Assembly: GCA_016222825.1 (NCBI GenBank) | Contig: JACRQF010000015.1 | Span: 297,646 to 361,645, forward strand | Reading direction: 5' to 3' | Length of the DNA: 64,000 bases | DNA from: Verrucomicrobiota bacterium | Lineage (GTDB): Bacteria > Verrucomicrobiota > Verrucomicrobiia > CAIQCK01 | Part shown: piece by piece, positions 55,971 to 64,000 of the stretch | Numbering within the stretch: position 1 is the stretch's first letter | Layout of the letters: each line of letters starts with the position of its first letter | Notes under the pieces: generated by a model | The model's database searches: none | Seen by the model: only the letters and a program-made list of their open reading frames with translations | Told to the model about the DNA's origin: nothing | Translations under genes and position numbers: made by a program

Positions 55971-57320
55971 CTATTTGCCGGCAGGCGTTATCGGCTTTTT
56001 CGAGACGATGTCGTCGGCAGGAATGTCCACGAAGATGCCGGGCGCGGTCTCGAAATGAACGGTGCCGTCGTTCTCGACGCGGTTGATCAGGCCGCGCAGG
56101 GTGCGACCATCCTTGACTACTATAATGGTGTCGGGAAGGAAGAGGCGCTTGAGTTGGACGTTGCTGATCGTCGTGGTCTGGCCGTCCTGGATGCTGGCCA
56201 CGACCTGGACGTCGGCGCAGCCGGGCCTGACAAACTTCACGATGCGCTGGCCTTGCGGCACGTTGGAGATGATCAGCGGGACCGAGTAGGCTTGGTTGGG
56301 CGGCGCCTGGGTGACGCCACGCGGGTCGTTGTCCACAAACACCTGCACGCCGGCCGGGATCGTCGTCACTTGAAGGATGCCGAAAAGTTTCGCGAACGGT
56401 ATCTTCAGGTCCAAGTCCGCCCCTTTCTTCAGTGTGACCTTTCTCTCGACGGGGTCGAAGCCGTGCTTGGTGATCTTGATGGCGTATTCGCCTTCGTGGA
56501 GCCGGTCGAGGATGACCGGGGCCTTGCCACGCGCTTCGCTGTTAAGAAACACCTCGCCGCCGGTCGGATCGGTGTCCACCTTGATGCGACCGAGTTTCTC
56601 CTTGAGCAGGGCGTCGACGTTAAATTCCTTCATGCTTTTGACTTCGGCTTCCTGCTCGAACGGTTCATAGCCATCGAGTTCGACGCGGACCTGGTGTTTG
56701 CCGGCAAGGACGTTTTGGATGCTTTGCGGCGAATCACCCACGTAGGAACCGTCAAGGTAAACCTTGGCCTTCTCAGGCGTGGAAATGACCTTGATGGCGG
56801 TGAGCAGCGAGCGCAGTTCGAGCGAAATCAGCTTCGGCTGGCGGTCGCCTTCGTTCTGGATGTTCAGCACCGTTTCCTTGGACTCGTAGCCGTCCTTCTT
56901 GATGACGATGCGATGCTGGCCGGCGGGCAGGTCGGTCAACAGCACCGGCGTCTTGCCGCGGAACACATTGTTCACGAGCACTTCGGATTCCGCGGGGAAC
57001 GATTCGGCGAGGACCAGGCCGAACAACGGCCGCAGCGACAGGTCGAACCGCGTGGTTCCTTCCGGCAGCACGTTGACGGTGGCGCGCGTCTCCAGGAAAC
57101 CGTCGCGCGTGGCCACAACCAGATGTTGTCCCGGCGCAACCTTTAGCTTGATGGGCGAGTCGCCCTGGTAAACACCATCCAGTTCGATGCGCGCGCCGGA
57201 TGGCGACGTGCGCAGTTCGAGCAGGCTGCCGGGTTGTTCAACACAGCCGGCGGCCAGCAGTGCTGCCAGTATCAAGGCACTCAGTCCGCAACGTGCGATG
57301 GCAATCGTAGGGTTCATCGG
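55971..57320 (-). CDS. PEGA-domain lipoprotein (several PEGA repeats)
   Basis: ORF 55971..57437; ATG at 57320 gives lipoprotein-type signal MNPTIAIARCGLSALILAALLAAGC; repeated PEGA-like modules (…GKTPVLLTDLPAGQHRIVIKKDGYE…, …GKAPVILDRLHEGEYAIKITKHGFD…). Confidence 0.8.
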   Translation of the reverse strand, partial: PMNPTIAIARCGLSALILAALLAAGCVEQPGSLLELRTSPSGARIELDGVYQGDSPIKLKVAPGQHLVVATRDGFLETRATVNVLPEGTTRFDLSLRPLFGLVLAESFPAESEVLVNNVFRGKTPVLLTDLPAGQHRIVIKKDGYESKETVLNIQNEGDRQPKLISLELRSLLTAIKVISTPEKAKVYLDGSYVGDSPQSIQNVLAGKHQVRVELDGYEPFEQEAEVKSMKEFNVDALLKEKLGRIKVDTDPTGGEVFLNSEARGKAPVILDRLHEGEYAIKITKHGFDPVERKVTLKKGADLDLKIPFAKLFGILQVTTIPAGVQVFVDNDPRGVTQAPPNQAYSVPLIISNVPQGQRIVKFVRPGCADVQVVASIQDGQTTTISNVQLKRLFLPDTIIVVKDGRTLRGLINRVENDGTVHFETAPGIFVDIPADDIVSKKPITPAGK

Positions 57321-58744
57321 CGTGGCAGATGTCGTTGCACACCAATCAGTTTCCGGTCGGCCTCCTTGTAACGCTCGTCCTCGCGGTCGGGAACGCGCGC
57401 CAGGATCTCCGACAGGCATGTCTGCGCCTTGGCCCACTCGCCGAGCTTCATGGCTTGCTCGGCGTTGAAGCGCAAGCTGTTGATCTTTTCCTTGAGCATG
57501 TCCTTCGCCAGCGTCTCGTTCTGGACCGCCGCGGCGAAGTTGGCCGGTTTCGGCTCGATGATCTCCAGGTCAATCTGGACAAGCTGGAATGCCTTGATGG
57601 CGTTGTAGAGGTTGGGATAGTCCACGTCGCGCTGCTCGAAGAGCTGCTTGCCGCGCAGGTAGGCCTCGTCCGCTTCCCTGATCAACTCCTCGCGGGAGCG
57701 GTTGATCGCGGCGATGCCCAGTTCGTTCTGGGCGAAATCCTCCAGCACTTTCTGCGCGTTGACGAATGCGTCGGGGGCGATGGTGTTTTCGATCTCGACC
57801 CGCTTCACGCGCGCGCCGCGGGTCAGTTCGATGACCGCCATTTCCTGCTTGTCAGCAGGGAAGCCGCCGTATTTGGGTTTCTCCAACTTGTCGAAGCCGC
57901 CGTTCTCGATCTGACGGACCAGTTCTATGATGAGGCCCTCGCCCACCTTCTTCTCGCGCTGGACGTGGCGGCGCTGTTTGAGGTCATCCACGTTCAACGT
58001 CACTTTGTCGCCGCTGAGGCGTAGCGCGAACCGGAAGATGTTCTGCGTGCTCGCCTCGACCTTCTCGTAAAACAGGTCTGGCCGCCGCGTCTCGCCGCCC
58101 ATGCTCGACACCACTTGTGGCATGGAGCGCTGGACTTCCTTCCAAACGTAGAGTCCGCCGCCGATGGCCACGATTGTCAGGAGGGCCGTCAGCCCCAACG
58201 ACATCAGGCGGCGGCCGATGGGAGCGGCGGGCTTCTTCTTCGCGGGGCGTTTGGGCTTGCCGCCGAAGGTCAGTTCGGCCGGAGCCTCTTCGCCGGTTTC
58301 CCCGGCTTCTTCAACCTCTTCCTCCTTCCTTCGGGGCTGCTCCTCTTCCGCCGTCTCCTCCTCGGCTTCTTCCACGGCGGGCTTTGTGACCACGGGAAGC
58401 TTCTCGGTCGCCGGGCCGCGCTTGGGCGGCTCGCTCTCGCGGACGGGGCGCGCGGCTTCCTCAATGACCTCGAAGAGGGTGCTGCCGATGGAAATCTCGT
58501 CGCCGGGCTTCAGGACGCTCTCGTCAATGGACTGGCCGTTGACCTCGGTGCCGTTGACCGATTCGAGGTCGCGGATGACCATCTGGCCGTGCTCATCCAT
58601 GCGCACGTCGGCGTGTTCGGAGGAAACGAGCTGGTCGTCGGGAATGACGATGTCGCACTGCGCCGCGCGGCCGATGGTCACGGGGTTTTTGCCAACCGAG
58701 TATTCCCGGCCGCGGCGTCTGCCTTGTAGGATGCGAAGTTTCAT
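57314..58744 (-). CDS. FHA-domain membrane protein
   Basis: 476-aa ORF; N-terminal FHA domain (…YSVGKNPVTIGRAAQCDIVIPDDQLVSSEHADVRMDEHGQMVIRDLESVNGTEVNG…), Glu-rich linker, one TM helix, C-terminal domain. Confidence 0.85.
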   Translation of the reverse strand: MKLRILQGRRRGREYSVGKNPVTIGRAAQCDIVIPDDQLVSSEHADVRMDEHGQMVIRDLESVNGTEVNGQSIDESVLKPGDEISIGSTLFEVIEEAARPVRESEPPKRGPATEKLPVVTKPAVEEAEEETAEEEQPRRKEEEVEEAGETGEEAPAELTFGGKPKRPAKKKPAAPIGRRLMSLGLTALLTIVAIGGGLYVWKEVQRSMPQVVSSMGGETRRPDLFYEKVEASTQNIFRFALRLSGDKVTLNVDDLKQRRHVQREKKVGEGLIIELVRQIENGGFDKLEKPKYGGFPADKQEMAVIELTRGARVKRVEIENTIAPDAFVNAQKVLEDFAQNELGIAAINRSREELIREADEAYLRGKQLFEQRDVDYPNLYNAIKAFQLVQIDLEIIEPKPANFAAAVQNETLAKDMLKEKINSLRFNAEQAMKLGEWAKAQTCLSEILARVPDREDERYKEADRKLIGVQRHLPRR

Positions 58745-58763
58745 CCGCTTTGTGGTCTTCTCA

Positions 58764-59114
58764 CTACGCTACAACAAATTCAAGCTGGTCGCCCGGCTGC
58801 GAGTGGCTGCGGGCAATGGCGCCCACGGGCAACTCCAGCACACCCGCCGCGCCCAACGCGCCGCAGAACAGCCTCCAAGGAGCGAGCGCCGGCACCATTT
58901 TCACTATCGTCAGTCGCTTGTCAAAGAATATCACGTCAAGCGGCATCCGCATGAAACACATGTGGATGGCGTTGGCCGGCCGCAGCATCATGCCGTCGAA
59001 CCCCTCGAACCGCTGGAACATCAGCCCCAGCGTGCGGCTCCAGAGGGTCACGGCGGGCCGGGCGTTCCCGGCCAGCGTCGTGCCGCGGGTTGTGTTGCGG
59101 ATGATCATCGGCAA
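58764..59114 (-). CDS. DUF192-family protein
   Basis: 116-aa ORF; …RTLGLMFQRFEGFDGMMLRPANAIHMCFMRMPLDVIFFDKRLTIV… matches DUF192/COG1430 pattern. Confidence 0.7.
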   Translation of the reverse strand: MPMIIRNTTRGTTLAGNARPAVTLWSRTLGLMFQRFEGFDGMMLRPANAIHMCFMRMPLDVIFFDKRLTIVKMVPALAPWRLFCGALGAAGVLELPVGAIARSHSQPGDQLEFVVA

Positions 59115-59128
59115 CGAGTCGAGGCGGC

Positions 59129-60070
59129 TCAGAACGCGCTCCGGAACGCCTGCGCGAGGATCGGGCCGAGCAGGAACAGCATCACCGCCGGGAAAATCAG
59201 CAGCAGCAGCGGGCCGAGCATTTTCACCGGCGCCTCATAAGCGAGCTTCTCGGCGCGCTGGAACCGCTTCACGCGCATCTGGTCGGCCATGATGCGGAGG
59301 ATGGTGCCGAGGCTGACGCCGAGTTCGTCGGCCTGGACGAGCGCGGAGACGACGGAACTGAGGTCGGGCTGGTCCGCCCGCAAGCCCATGTCCCGCAGCG
59401 CCTGTCGGCGCGTCTTGCCGACCTGGATTTCATGGAACACGCGCAGCAGTTCCTCGCCGAGCGGGTCCATCGCGCGCTTCTCGATGATCTTGCGGATGGC
59501 GGTCATGAAATCGAGGCCGGCCTCCACTGAGAGCGTCATCAGGTCGAGCACGTAGGGCAGCGCCTTCTGCATGCTGCGGTGCCGGGCGTTGCGGGTCTGT
59601 TTCAGCCAACTCGTCGGGTAGATCAGGCTGTAGCCGATCATCAGGATCATCCCCACATTCCAAAAGCGGCCAACACCGGGCAGATCCTCCAATGCCGGCT
59701 TCATGCCGAAGCTGAGCGGCACGGCCACGATGAACAGCAGGACCTGGATGGACATGAACTCCTCCGCGCTCAGCAGCCCTTCATAGCCCGCGGAAATCAG
59801 CCGCCCGTCGAGCTTGGCGCGGTAGTTGTCCAGTTTCTTGTGCCGGAACAACGGCGCGACGTTGGGCACAAACGGCAGCAACAGCCGGAACAGCAGCGGC
59901 AGTTTTCTCATCTGCTGCCGGCCGTCGGCCAACCGCACGTATTTCACCTCACTCGCCGACATCCCGACATACCACGCCGCGGCAAACGCAAAGACCATCC
60001 ACATCAACGGCGCGATGATCTCCTGCGGCGTGATCTGCGTGACATACGGCACGATTCGCTCTGGTTCCAT
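59129..60070 (-). CDS. tadC: type II secretion system F-family protein, TadC-like (Flp pilus assembly)
   Basis: 313-aa ORF with GspF/TadC-type domain (…ALPYVLDLMTLSVEAGLDFMTAIRKI…) and flanking TM helices. Confidence 0.85.
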   Translation of the reverse strand: MEPERIVPYVTQITPQEIIAPLMWMVFAFAAAWYVGMSASEVKYVRLADGRQQMRKLPLLFRLLLPFVPNVAPLFRHKKLDNYRAKLDGRLISAGYEGLLSAEEFMSIQVLLFIVAVPLSFGMKPALEDLPGVGRFWNVGMILMIGYSLIYPTSWLKQTRNARHRSMQKALPYVLDLMTLSVEAGLDFMTAIRKIIEKRAMDPLGEELLRVFHEIQVGKTRRQALRDMGLRADQPDLSSVVSALVQADELGVSLGTILRIMADQMRVKRFQRAEKLAYEAPVKMLGPLLLLIFPAVMLFLLGPILAQAFRSAF

Positions 60071-60169
60071 TGCTTGTTGTCCTGCTCGTTAAAAAGTTGT
60101 GTCTCTGCGTTGTTGCGCTCCCGGATGCCGCTGGCTTAAACTGTGCCGGCAAAGAAACCGGAGCGCGTC

Positions 60170-60997
60170 ATGAAATTGTTACTGCTCATCATCTGCTTCG
60201 CTGCAAGCGTTATTCAGGCCGCCGACAAGCCTGTGCGCATCAAGTTCAAGGACAAGTCTGAACTGGAGGGCATCGTCAGCACCAGCATCAGCGATACCCA
60301 AGGGTTCACGCTCAAAACCAAGTTTGGCGAAACTCATTACAACTGGAACCAGATTGACATCAACGACCTGCGCCAATCCAACCCGGAACTCTACCAGTTC
60401 TACGTCCAACAAAGTCATGGCCGCTCGGTCAATGCCAGCCTGCTCAAAATCAAGCTCCGCGACGGCACTGTGCTCGAAGGTTCCGTTACCACGTCGCAGA
60501 CCGACACGCGAGGCTTCACGTTTCGATCCCAGTTTGGCAGCCGCTATTACGAATGGACTCAGATTGACCTCGAACATCTGAAACAGTCCAAGCCGGAGCT
60601 TTACCAGTTCTATCTCCAGCAGTCCCAGATTGACGACATCAAGACCGACGAACAGATCATCCAGTTCGTGAAGGGCAAGTTCGTCTTTCGCTCCGAGGCC
60701 AATGTCATCCTCAAGAACTACGGCCGCGTCCTCGACCAGGTGACCGCCGCGATGCGCATCAGACAGGTGTCCCAGCGCAACCAGCAGCTCGCCACCATTG
60801 TCAGCAACAGCCGGCCCGTGCTGCAAGCCGTCATCCAAAAATGCCAGGTGTTCTACGGCGCCACGCGCAGCCGCCCGCTCCAGTCGTTGCTGCTCAGCTA
60901 TCGCAACGCCTACGACGCCCTGGTCCGCACCGACTACGCGAGCTTCGCCTACAACCACAAGTTCGTCCAGGAGGCGCTCGCCGGGATGCAGCAGTAG
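60170..60997 (+). CDS. secreted hypothetical protein with internal tandem ~45-aa repeat
   Basis: ORF 60143..60997; ATG at 60170 with GGAG 8 nt upstream; signal peptide MKLLLLIICFAASVIQA; two repeat modules (DTQGFTLKTKFGETHYNWNQIDINDLRQSNPELYQFYVQQS and DTRGFTFRSQFGSRYYEWTQIDLEHLKQSKPELYQFYLQQS); GC appears lower than neighbours. Confidence 0.65.
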   Translation: MKLLLLIICFAASVIQAADKPVRIKFKDKSELEGIVSTSISDTQGFTLKTKFGETHYNWNQIDINDLRQSNPELYQFYVQQSHGRSVNASLLKIKLRDGTVLEGSVTTSQTDTRGFTFRSQFGSRYYEWTQIDLEHLKQSKPELYQFYLQQSQIDDIKTDEQIIQFVKGKFVFRSEANVILKNYGRVLDQVTAAMRIRQVSQRNQQLATIVSNSRPVLQAVIQKCQVFYGATRSRPLQSLLLSYRNAYDALVRTDYASFAYNHKFVQEALAGMQQ

Positions 60998-61019
60998 CCG
61001 GCCGCGGCAGCTTTCTTTT

Positions 61020-61916
61020 TCAAATATCAATGTTCACGATTTTGCGGATGATCAGGTAGCCGCAGATCTCAAAGCCGAGCGCCAGCACGATGATCATCAC
61101 ACCCACCGTGGAGAAAATGAAGCCCGTCATCATCGCCGGGCTGATGAAATACATCGCCGTCGCCAGCAGCAGCGGCATGAACCCGACGATGATCGCCTGA
61201 AGCCGCCCCTGCGCCGTCAGCGAGCGGATCTTGCCCTCCACCCGCATCCGTTCGCGGATGACCGTGGCGAGCTGATCGAACACTTCTGTCAGGTTGCCGC
61301 CGGTCTGGCGCGAAATCTCGATGGCGGTGATCATCAGGTCGAGGTCCTGGCTGCCGACGCGCTTGCTGAGGCTGTCCATCGCCTCCTCGAATTTCACGCC
61401 CAGCCGGTGCTGGTGCAGGAACAGCCCGAACTCCTCGCTGATCGGCCGGCGGTTTTCTTTCACCACCATGTCGAAGGCCTGCAACACGCTGAAGCCGGCG
61501 CGCAGCGAGTTGCTCATCGTCTGCATCGCCTCCACCAGTTGCTCGTTGAACAGCTCCAGCCGCTTTTGCCGCATCCGCCGGATCACCCAGCGCGGAATCA
61601 TGAAACCGATGGCGCCAAAGATCAGCGAGAACGCCGCCGTGCCGGCGAGGTGCAGCGTGTCCTCGAAGCTGCCCACCAGCGCGAACATGATCAGCGCGAA
61701 CGACACTCCCGTGATCTGCGCCAGCATCACCACCTGCTGCGGGTTGAGCGACAGGAACATGTCGTCCAGATGCCGGCCGGTCTCCTCGATATAGACCTCG
61801 CGATACGTCCGGGACATTTCCGCCATCCACTCGCCGAGCGCCCAGACGATGCCGGCCGCCGACAGGAAATAGAGCAGCGGCACCAAGTAACTGACGCTGA
61901 GGTCGTAAAAGGTCAT
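61020..61916 (-). CDS. tadB: type II secretion system F-family protein, TadB-like (Flp pilus assembly)
   Basis: 298-aa ORF, GspF-type domain with TM helices (…SNSLRAGFSVLQAFDMVVKE…). Confidence 0.85.
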   Translation of the reverse strand: MTFYDLSVSYLVPLLYFLSAAGIVWALGEWMAEMSRTYREVYIEETGRHLDDMFLSLNPQQVVMLAQITGVSFALIMFALVGSFEDTLHLAGTAAFSLIFGAIGFMIPRWVIRRMRQKRLELFNEQLVEAMQTMSNSLRAGFSVLQAFDMVVKENRRPISEEFGLFLHQHRLGVKFEEAMDSLSKRVGSQDLDLMITAIEISRQTGGNLTEVFDQLATVIRERMRVEGKIRSLTAQGRLQAIIVGFMPLLLATAMYFISPAMMTGFIFSTVGVMIIVLALGFEICGYLIIRKIVNIDI

Positions 61917-63640
61917 GGCATCGGCTCAGTCTGCTGGGTGAAAACACTGCGGTCCAGTTGCAGACCGCGGATCCGCACCTCGTCAATGAACGTCGGCACC
62001 GAGCCGGTGGCGGTGAAGTAGCCGAGCACCTTGCCCCTCGGATCCAGCCCGGTCTGCTTGAAGATGAACATGTCCTGCATCACGATCACATCCTTCTCCA
62101 TGCCGGTGACCTCGGAGATTTTCGTGACGCGCCGCGTGCCGTCGCTGAGCCGGTCGGTGTGGCAGATGATGTCCACCGCGGCGGCAATCTGCTCGCGGAT
62201 GGCGCGGCTGGGCAGGTCCATGCCCGCCATCAGCACCATCGTCTCCATGCGGCTGATGGTGTCGCGCGGCGAGTTGGAGTGGACGGTCGTGAGCGAGCCG
62301 TCGTGGCCGGTGTTCATCGCTTGGAGCATGTCGAGCGACTCGCCGCCGCGGCACTCGCCGACAACAATGCGGTCGGGCCTCATGCGCAAGGCGTTGCGGA
62401 CGAGGTCGCGGATGGTGACGGCGCCGCGGCCCTCGATGTTCGCCGGGCGCGCCTCCAGGCTGACGACGTGCGGCTGGTTCAGGCGCAACTCGGCGGTGTC
62501 CTCGATGGTGACGATGCGCTCGTCCTTCGGGAGATAGTTGGAGAGCACGTTCAGCAGCGTGGTCTTGCCGGAACCGGTGCCGCCGGAGATGATGATGTTC
62601 TTGCGCAGCAGCACGCAGATGCGCATGAAGTCAGCGATCTGGTCGGTCATCGTGCCGAACCGGACCAAGTCTGGCACGGTGGACGGCGTCTTGGCGAACT
62701 TGCGGATGGTGATGGTCGGGCCTTTGAGCGAGAGCGGGGCGATGATGGCGTTGACGCGGCTGCCGTCGGCCAGGCGCGCGTCCACATAGGGCGAGCTTTC
62801 GTCAATGCGCTTGCCGATCGGCGCGACGATGCGCTCGATGATGGCCAGCACCTGCGCGTCGTCCACGAACGAGCGCTCCGTCAGTTGTATCTTGCCGCGA
62901 CGCTCCACGTAAACCTTGTCGGGGCCGTTGACCATGATTTCGGTGACCTCGTTGTCTTCCAGCAGGTCGTCGAGCGGGCCGAGGCCGATGGCTTCCTGGA
63001 TGATCTCGCGCGTCAGCACCGCGGGCGCGATGGAGGCCGGAAGCTGGTCTTTGATCTCGTTGACGATGGACGCGACGGTGGCGCGGACCTTTTCCTGCAA
63101 CGACTTCGTCGCGGCCGTGTTGGTGCCCACCAGCCGTTTCAGGTCGAGCCGCTTCAGCAATTCGGCGTGAATCTGCGCCTTGAACTTCCGCATCAGCGCG
63201 CGCGCGGGATCGCCGCCGGCGGGCGGCGACGGTTCGGCTTCGCGCGGCGCGGGCTGTTTGGACAGGTAATCGAGTTCCGGGGCGCGTTCCGCTTGGGCGC
63301 GCTGTCCCGGCGCGGCGTCGTCCTTCGGGTAGTCCAGCCAGATGACGCAGGCGCCGATGATCACGCGCTGGCCGACGTTGATGCGGACGCGGCGCTTGAT
63401 GCGGACGCCCTCCACGAAGGTGCCGTTGGTGCTGCCAAGGTCTTCGATCTGGATGTCGTCCGGTTGGTAAAGAAGCCGGGCGTGCTGGCGGGAGACGCCG
63501 CTGTTGCTGACGCAGATGGCGCAGGCCGGATCGCTGCCGATGGAATACTCGGCCGGATGCAGGCGCTGGCGAATCCTGCGTTTCTGGCCGTCCTCGGTCA
63601 CTTCCACGACGAGGTCGAGTTGGTCGGTGGTCTTCGGCAT
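61913..63640 (-). CDS. cpaF: CpaF/TadA-family secretion ATPase with N-terminal FHA domain
   Basis: 575-aa ORF; N-terminal FHA (…SRQHARLLYQPDDIQIEDLGSTNGTFVEG…); Walker A GGTGSGKTTLLN; VirB11/CpaF core. Confidence 0.9.
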   Translation of the reverse strand: MPKTTDQLDLVVEVTEDGQKRRIRQRLHPAEYSIGSDPACAICVSNSGVSRQHARLLYQPDDIQIEDLGSTNGTFVEGVRIKRRVRINVGQRVIIGACVIWLDYPKDDAAPGQRAQAERAPELDYLSKQPAPREAEPSPPAGGDPARALMRKFKAQIHAELLKRLDLKRLVGTNTAATKSLQEKVRATVASIVNEIKDQLPASIAPAVLTREIIQEAIGLGPLDDLLEDNEVTEIMVNGPDKVYVERRGKIQLTERSFVDDAQVLAIIERIVAPIGKRIDESSPYVDARLADGSRVNAIIAPLSLKGPTITIRKFAKTPSTVPDLVRFGTMTDQIADFMRICVLLRKNIIISGGTGSGKTTLLNVLSNYLPKDERIVTIEDTAELRLNQPHVVSLEARPANIEGRGAVTIRDLVRNALRMRPDRIVVGECRGGESLDMLQAMNTGHDGSLTTVHSNSPRDTISRMETMVLMAGMDLPSRAIREQIAAAVDIICHTDRLSDGTRRVTKISEVTGMEKDVIVMQDMFIFKQTGLDPRGKVLGYFTATGSVPTFIDEVRIRGLQLDRSVFTQQTEPMP

Positions 63641-63672
63641 GTCAGGGGGTCGCTTGGAACGGTGTGGTGGTT

Positions 63673-64000
63673 TCAGCGGCCCAGCGTCGGCAACGGCGTG
63701 GTCCTCGGAACGGCCGTCGCCGGCACGGGCGACGACGGTGAAAGCAACTGCGGGTGCAACCGTTGCTGGCGGACCCGGTTCAGCTCGTTGAAGTTCTTCT
63801 CCAGCTTCTGGAAATCCACGTTCTCCAGTTGCTGCTCCACCGAAACATCCTCACGGTTGCGCAACGAGAGCGCGAGGCGGCCTTTCTGGTGCGCGAACAC
63901 CAGCATCTCCGCCTCGCGTGGTGTCACACCCACCGTTACGGAGGAATACTGGCTGCCGAAACGGTCGGCTCCTCCCTGCGTCTCCGTCGCGCGCCGGCTC
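63673..64000 (-). CDS. cpaB: Flp pilus assembly protein CpaB/RcpC-like, C-terminal fragment (5' end outside window)
   Basis: Reading frame open from the window edge to the stop at 63673; …VTVGVTPREAEMLVFAHQKGRLALSLRNRED… resembles the conserved C-terminal region of CpaB. Confidence 0.55.
   Translation of the reverse strand, partial: SRRATETQGGADRFGSQYSSVTVGVTPREAEMLVFAHQKGRLALSLRNREDVSVEQQLENVDFQKLEKNFNELNRVRQQRLHPQLLSPSSPVPATAVPRTTPLPTLGR

Noticed and set aside
55120-56058. 312-aa plus-strand ORF starting at the antitoxin stop codon (candidate toxin)
   Set aside because: No similarity to RelE/ParE/YoeB-type toxins, far too long for one, Arg/Gly-rich, and antisense to a more protein-like minus-strand ORF and the PEGA gene.
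60179-61030. 283-aa minus-strand ORF overlapping the plus-strand repeat-protein gene
   Set aside because: The plus-strand frame has a Shine-Dalgarno, signal peptide and internally repeated protein modules; the minus-strand translation is Leu/Val/Ala/Asp/Glu-rich antisense-type sequence.
1-64000. Search for rRNA, tRNA, CRISPR arrays, integrases, transposases and phage genes
   Set aside because: None recognised by eye; intergenic regions are short. A tRNA cannot be fully excluded without a covariance-model scan.

Overview
High-GC (roughly 60-65% by eye) chromosomal segment carrying about 58 protein-coding genes and no recognisable rRNA, tRNA, CRISPR array or insertion sequence. The gene content suggests a Verrucomicrobia/Planctomycetes-type (PVC) genome: six TAT-signal Gfo/Idh/MocA oxidoreductases (two tandem paralog pairs), a sulfatase, a heparinase II/III-like protein, BNR and FG-GAP propeller proteins, and a ~1400-aa beta-propeller/CxxCH/HEAT protein; this taxonomic placement is an inference from gene content, not a search result. 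The most interesting signal is a candidate transcription attenuator upstream of a mixed his-trp operon (hisF-hisI-X-trpE-trpG): a 17-codon leader ORF encoding MNKMTQHWWWHRSGLKP (three consecutive Trp codons flanked by His codons), followed by mutually exclusive antiterminator and terminator hairpins and a U-tract ending 10 nt before the hisF ATG. Other notable features are a 7-nt repeat array forming a 24-bp perfect inverted repeat between trpE and trpG, a ~56-nt block conserved at the 5' ends of two unrelated secreted-hydrolase genes, three tandem DUF4339-type membrane protein genes followed by an operator-like palindrome, a Tad-like pilus locus with FHA domains and an embedded lower-GC gene on the opposite strand, and a solitary Phd/YefM-like antitoxin gene. 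All calls are from manual reading of the six-frame ORFs and sequence; no database search was run, so family assignments rest on recognised motifs and are provisional. Many long ORFs antisense to real genes are high-GC artefacts and were rejected.
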